Source: Planctomycetota bacterium
Lineage (GTDB): Bacteria > Planctomycetota > JAJSAM01 > JAJVHW01
Length of the DNA: 64,000 nucleotides
NCBI GenBank assembly: GCA_965248445.1
Contig: CBDFJG010000001.1
Coordinates: 32,001 to 96,000 of the forward strand
Reading direction: 5' to 3'
In this document: piece by piece, positions 59,528 through 64,000 of the stretch
Layout: every line of letters starts with the position of its first letter
Numbering within the stretch: position 1 is the stretch's first letter
Notes under the pieces: model-generated
Seen by the model: the letters and a program-made list of their open reading frames with translations, nothing else
Database searches by the model: none
What the model was told of the DNA's origin: nothing
Translations under genes and position numbers: made by a program

Positions 59528-60781
59528 GTGCCGAGCCCGTCGTCCCGCCGCAGCCTCATCGCCCGCGTCCGCTCGGGCATCCGCGCGTTCCTCCTGAGCA
59601 ACGAGCCCCCGGCGTGGTTCTGGCGCACGCCGGGCGTGAACCAACCGGTCACGTCGGGCGTCACGGTCACCGACCAGTCCGCGCTCCAGGTCACGGCGGT
59701 CCTCTCCTGCGTGAAGGTGCTGGCCGAGTCCATCTCGACGCTGCCGCTGATGGTGTTCGAGCGTCAGGCCAACGGCGACAAGCGGGCTGCGCCCGACCAC
59801 CCGCTCTCGGAGATCCTGCACACGCTCGCCAACGAGGAGAGCACGGCGCAGTCCGTTCGCGAGACGCTCTGCGCGCACGTCCTGCTGCGCGGCAACGCCT
59901 ACGCGCGCGTCGTTCGGGACGGCGGCGGCGACGTGCGCGAGATCTGGCCCATCGCGCCGGGTTGCGTTCAGGCCGACCGACCGCAACCCGGCGGTCCACT
60001 GGTCTTCCGCGTTTCCGAGACCGGCGTGCCGCCCGAGACGCTGCGCGCCGATCAGGTCTGGCGCATCCCCGGCCTATCCTGAGGTGGCGCGACCGGGCTC
60101 TCGCCCATCGGCGTCGCGCGGGAGAGTGTCGGTCTCGCGCTTGCGCTGGAGACCAACACCGCGTCGGCGCTCAAGCACGGCGCGCGGATTGCCGGGATCG
60201 TCACGCATCCGCACGTCATGGACGACCCCGAGTACAAGCGGTTCAAGGAGTCGTGGGACGAGGCGTACGGCGGCGTCACGAACGCCGGGAAGACCGTGAT
60301 CCTCGAACAGGGCGCGCGCTTTGAGAAGGTCGGGATGACGTTTGAGGACCTGCAGTTCTTAGAGCTCAAGAAGTTCCAGGTGGCCGAGATCGCGCGGCTC
60401 TTCCGCGTGCCGCTCCACATGCTGTTTGACGAGCGGGCGCAGCCGCGCGCCAACATGGAACAGGCGTCGCTGGAGTTCGTGGTCTACACGCTGCGGCCCT
60501 GGCTCGTGCGCTTCGAGCAGACCATCGCGCGTGACCTGCTGCTCCCCACCGAGCGCCGCCGCTACTTCGCCGAGCACAACGTCTCGGGGCTGCTGCGCGG
60601 CGACTTCGCGACGCGCATGGCGGGCTACGCGCAGGGCCGCCAGTGGGGCTGGTGGTCCGTCAACGACATCCGCCGGCTGGAGAACCTGAACGGCATCCCC
60701 GAGGGGGACACCTACCTCCAGCCGCTCAACATGGCCCCGGCGGGTTCCGTGCCCGAGGGCGCTTCGGAGAACGCCGCATGA
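59528..60781 (+). pseudogene. HK97-family portal protein with an in-frame TGA at 60080-60082
   Basis: AVLSCVKVLAESISTLPL, LLRGNAYA, IPGLS*GGATGLSPI, NAGKTVILEQG, EIARLFRVP.HM, LLRGDF..R; both halves are in the same frame. Confidence 0.85.
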
Positions 60782-61557
60782 CCACCGCCCAGGATCGCCA
60801 CCGCCTCTACGCGCTCGACGCGCCGACCGACGAGTCGCCCACCGCAACGCTCCACCTCTACGACGTGATCGGCGAGGACCTGCTCGGCGGAACGCCCGCT
60901 CGCCTCGTCGCACACGATCTCGACGCGCTGGGTGACGTTCCCGAGATCGTCGTGCGGCTGAACAGTCCCGGTGGCGACGTGTTCGAGGGCGTCGCGATCT
61001 ACAACGCGCTGGTCCGGCACCCCGCCCGCGTGACGGTTCACGTAGACGGGATCGCCGCGTCGATCGCGTCGCTCGTCGCGATGGCCGGAGACCGCACGGT
61101 CGTCGCGGAGAACGCGATGTTCATGGTCCACCGCCCCTGGACGGCGGTCGTCGGCGACGCCGAGGAGATGCGGCGGCAAGCGGGCACGCTCGACAAGGCG
61201 TGGTCTGCGATGCTCGCGACGTACCAGCGACGGACCGGCCGCCGCGCGGCCAAGATCGAGAAGGCCGTCGCGGATGCGGGCGGGGAGTGGTGGATGACCG
61301 CCGAAGAGGCGGTCGCGGCCGGGTTCGCTGACGCCGTGGAGAAGACCGCGAAGAAGGCGCAGGCGTTCGGGCTCTCACGCTTTCGCCGCGTTCCCGAGCG
61401 GCTTGCGGCGTCTTCTGACGACGAGCACGTCCCCGCCGCCGGACCGCCCTGCGTACTGGAGATCGCTCCGTCCCCGGTCGAGGCCGACGTGCCCTCGCCG
61501 GGCATGTCTCGGGCAGCCCGTCGGCGGGTCGTCGAGGTTCTGCGCCTTTCGATTTGA
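60778..61557 (+). CDS. ClpP-type prohead protease
   Basis: RLNSPGGDVFEGVAIYNAL, DGIAASIAS, FMVHRPW, WMTAEEAVAAGFAD. Confidence 0.92.
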   Translation: MTTAQDRHRLYALDAPTDESPTATLHLYDVIGEDLLGGTPARLVAHDLDALGDVPEIVVRLNSPGGDVFEGVAIYNALVRHPARVTVHVDGIAASIASLVAMAGDRTVVAENAMFMVHRPWTAVVGDAEEMRRQAGTLDKAWSAMLATYQRRTGRRAAKIEKAVADAGGEWWMTAEEAVAAGFADAVEKTAKKAQAFGLSRFRRVPERLAASSDDEHVPAAGPPCVLEIAPSPVEADVPSPGMSRAARRRVVEVLRLSI

Positions 61558-61619
61558 ACGACCCTCCGTACACCTCGACGCTCGGGGGAGCCGAACGGCC
61601 CCACCCGGAGGAACCGCCC

Positions 61620-62858
61620 ATGTCGAAGGTGCTCGAACTCAAGCGCGCGCGGAAGGATCTCGTCGCCAAGCTCGCGCCGCTCGCCGAGAAGGACGACCTC
61701 GAGCCCGACGAGGCCACCGCGTTCGCGGACATGCGCGCCGAAGTGGAGAGCCTCGGGAGCCGCATCGAGCGGCTGGAGTTCGTCGATGGCGAGCGCGCGG
61801 TACTGGGCCGCCTCGACCCCGTGCCGAGCAAGCCGCGTCCCGAGGTGGAACCGGTCAAGAAGCCGCGCTCGCGCATCGTGAACCCCGGCTTCGAGTGCCT
61901 CGGCGAGATCGTCTACTGCGCCCGCTTCCAGCCCGGTGACTCGCGACTGCGTGCTCTCCAGGAGATGGGCGTCGGCGAGTCGGGCGGCTTCGCGATCCCC
62001 GACGAGTTCAACCCCACGCTGCGCGAGGTCTCGCCGCAGGAGGCGATCGTGCGCCCGCGCGCAACGGTCGTCCCCGGTGGGTCATCGCCCGACGCCGACC
62101 TCGTGCTCCCCGCGCTCAACCAGGGCACGGGCTCCAACATGTACGGCGGCGTCGAGGTCTCGTGGATCGCCGAGGGGGGCGACAAGCCCGAGACGGGCGC
62201 CAAGCTCCGCGAGTGCCGCTGGAGTCCCAAGGAGGTCGCGGCGCACATCGTCGTGACCGACAAGCTCCTGCGGAACTGGTCGGCTGCCACGACGCTCATC
62301 GAGCGCATGCTGCGCGACGCGCTGCTCGCCGCCGAGGACGTGGCGTTCTTCTCCGGCAACAGCGCGGGACGCCCCAGCGGCATCCTCGCGTCGGACGCGC
62401 TGATCAAGGTCAACCGCGCGGGTGCCGGAGCGGTCGCGTACGACGATCTCGTGGACATGGAGGCCGAGCTGCACGAGGACGGCCAGGCCGTCTGGGTCGT
62501 GAACCCCCGCGTGATCCCGGTGCTTCGCAAGATGGAGGACACCGCCGGTCACCTGATCTGGCAGGAGCACGCGCGCTCGGGCGCGCCCGCGACGCTGCTC
62601 GGCCGCCCGGTGGTGAAGAACTACCGCAGCCCCGCGCTCGGGGCGCTCGGCGACGTGCTGCTCGCGAACCTGTCCTACTACCTCATCAAGGACGGCGTGG
62701 ACGTGACGGTCGCGGCCAGCGAGCACGTGCTCTTCAAGCAGAACAAGACGGTCGTGAAGGCCTTCAAGACCGTCGACGGCGGTCCGTGGCTCGACGGCCC
62801 GATCGCGCAGGAGGACGGGAACAAGTACAGCCCGTTCGTCGCGCTCGACGTCCCCTAG
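61620..62858 (+). CDS. HK97-fold major capsid protein
   Basis: Coiled-coil N-terminus, SGGFAIPDEF, WIAEG..KPET, G.PSGIL, TLLGRPV; position after the protease. Confidence 0.9.
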   Translation: MSKVLELKRARKDLVAKLAPLAEKDDLEPDEATAFADMRAEVESLGSRIERLEFVDGERAVLGRLDPVPSKPRPEVEPVKKPRSRIVNPGFECLGEIVYCARFQPGDSRLRALQEMGVGESGGFAIPDEFNPTLREVSPQEAIVRPRATVVPGGSSPDADLVLPALNQGTGSNMYGGVEVSWIAEGGDKPETGAKLRECRWSPKEVAAHIVVTDKLLRNWSAATTLIERMLRDALLAAEDVAFFSGNSAGRPSGILASDALIKVNRAGAGAVAYDDLVDMEAELHEDGQAVWVVNPRVIPVLRKMEDTAGHLIWQEHARSGAPATLLGRPVVKNYRSPALGALGDVLLANLSYYLIKDGVDVTVAASEHVLFKQNKTVVKAFKTVDGGPWLDGPIAQEDGNKYSPFVALDVP

Positions 62859-62882
62859 ACCGCCTGACGGAGGAGACCCCAC

Positions 62883-63281
62883 ATGACGCGCAAGCTCACC
62901 GAGGCGCTCGCCATCGACGCCATCGTCCCGCCCCAGGACGTGGGGACGGCGGACGTGACCGGCACCTGGATCGACGTGGCCAAGTGCGGGCGCTTCGCCG
63001 TGCTCGCGAAGGCGGGCGCGGTCACGGCCGGAAAGATCCTGACCGTGCAGCTGCGCCAGGCGCAGGACGCCTCGGGCACCGGCGCGAAGGACCTCGGCAC
63101 GGCGGTCACGGCCGTCGGCGTCGGCGGGGCCGCGCCCCCCGACGTGGAGGTCGAGAAGGTGAACCCCGACCTCGACGGCGCGAACGGCTTCACGCACGTG
63201 ACCGCCGTGCTGGGCATCGACGAGAACGCCAAGCTCGGCGCGGCCTGGGTCGTGCGGGGCGAGCGCCGCTACATCCCGTAG
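62883..63281 (+). CDS. Hypothetical virion (decoration-like) protein
   Basis: GGAGG RBS; follows the capsid gene; LRQAQDASGTGAKDL motif. Confidence 0.7.
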   Translation: MTRKLTEALAIDAIVPPQDVGTADVTGTWIDVAKCGRFAVLAKAGAVTAGKILTVQLRQAQDASGTGAKDLGTAVTAVGVGGAAPPDVEVEKVNPDLDGANGFTHVTAVLGIDENAKLGAAWVVRGERRYIP

Positions 63282-63305
63282 CGGCCGACCGACCGGAGGT
63301 GACGC

Positions 63306-63511
63306 ATGGGTTACGAGGTCGTCTCGCGCTTCTACGACCGTGACCGGGACCGCTACGTGGACCCCAGCCCTGCCCTGCACTCTCCGAGGAGACGGCCGCG
63401 CGCCTCGTCCGCGCCGGCTGCTTCGTCGCGGTCCCGGCCGCGCGCAAACCCAAGCGCGGACGCAAGAACGCGGGAGCGGGCGATCCGCCCGCCGACCCGC
63501 CGTCGGCGTGA
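63306..63511 (+). pseudogene. Small phage protein, apparently frameshifted near 63365
   Basis: GGAGG RBS, MGYEVVSRFYDRDRDRYVDP; the high-GC3 frame then switches to ...LSEETAARLVRAGC...* ending 3 nt before the next start. Confidence 0.45.
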
Positions 63512-63514
63512 CCC

Positions 63515-64000
63515 GTGGGCCTCGTTCAGATCCAGGCCCCCGCCGAGCCGGTGGTCTCGATCGACGAGGCCATGCTCCACCTGCGCGTGGACGGCTACGA
63601 CGAGACATCGCTCATCCAGGCGCTCGTCGAGGCCGCCACGGCGCAGGCCGAGGCGTACTGCCGCCGCCGTTTCGTGACGCAGCAGTGGCGACTCACGTTG
63701 GGCGCGTTCCCGAGCGGAGCGGTCGTCCTCCCGCATCCGCCGCTCGCGTCGGTCGAGAGCATCGCGTACGTGGACACCGACGGCGTGCTCCAGACGGTCG
63801 CGCCGAACGACTATGTCGTCCGCACGAGCGAGTCCCCGGGTGAGGTCGTCTCCGCGTACGGCGCGGCGTGGCCGTCGGCGCGCGTCGAGTCCGACTCCGT
63901 GCGGGTCGAGTTCACCTGCGGGTACGGCGTCGCGGCGGCCGTCCCGCACGCCATCCGCCGGGCCGTCCTGCTGATCGTCGGCACGCTCTACGCGAATCGC
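63515..64000 (+). CDS. Head-tail connector protein (phiE125 gp8-like), runs off the window
   Basis: PAEPVVSIDEAMLHLRVDG.DE..LIQALVEAATAQAEAYCRRRFVTQQWRL...V.FTCGYG....VPHAIRRAVLLIVGTLYANR. Confidence 0.88.
   Translation, partial: MGLVQIQAPAEPVVSIDEAMLHLRVDGYDETSLIQALVEAATAQAEAYCRRRFVTQQWRLTLGAFPSGAVVLPHPPLASVESIAYVDTDGVLQTVAPNDYVVRTSESPGEVVSAYGAAWPSARVESDSVRVEFTCGYGVAAAVPHAIRRAVLLIVGTLYANR

Overview
High-GC bacterial chromosomal window; the gene content is Planctomycetota-like, which is an inference. (1) 1-10.4 kb is an insertion hotspot. It holds three IS1380-family elements (two near-identical copies plus a second type), all bounded by CTAG, the 3' half of a tRNA-Val(CAC) followed by tRNA-linked repeats, and an SGNH / YfhO-like / SGNH envelope cluster in which one SGNH gene is split by an IS. 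(2) 10.4-23.3 kb is a minus-strand run: Lon-like protease, SWIM-SNF2 helicase, HEAT-repeat protein, TldD, TldE/PmbA, TPR protein. (3) 23.5-39.5 kb is a plus-strand NHL / ABC transporter / MoxR / DUF58 / vWA operon. One of its genes (29425-31128) reads through two in-frame TGA codons. Both lie in the same GGT-UGA context, each is followed by a SECIS-like hairpin, and they sit just before a CSSC motif. This candidate two-selenocysteine (or UGA-recoded) protein is the most interesting signal in the window. (4) 39.7-43.0 kb: mqnE, a lipoprotein, a GreA/GreB factor, tRNA-Asn. (5) 43.5-64 kb is the left part of a decaying prophage: DUF2924, a deleted/frameshifted large serine recombinase, a primase-helicase with a symmetric iteron-like array, HNH, DNA methylase, TerS, TerL with a class 3 LAGLIDADG intein in its Walker A motif, an antisense PLD-family cargo gene, a portal gene with an internal TGA, ClpP-type protease, capsid and head-tail connector. 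No CRISPR array or rRNA was seen. All family calls come from motif recognition by eye; no database searches were run.
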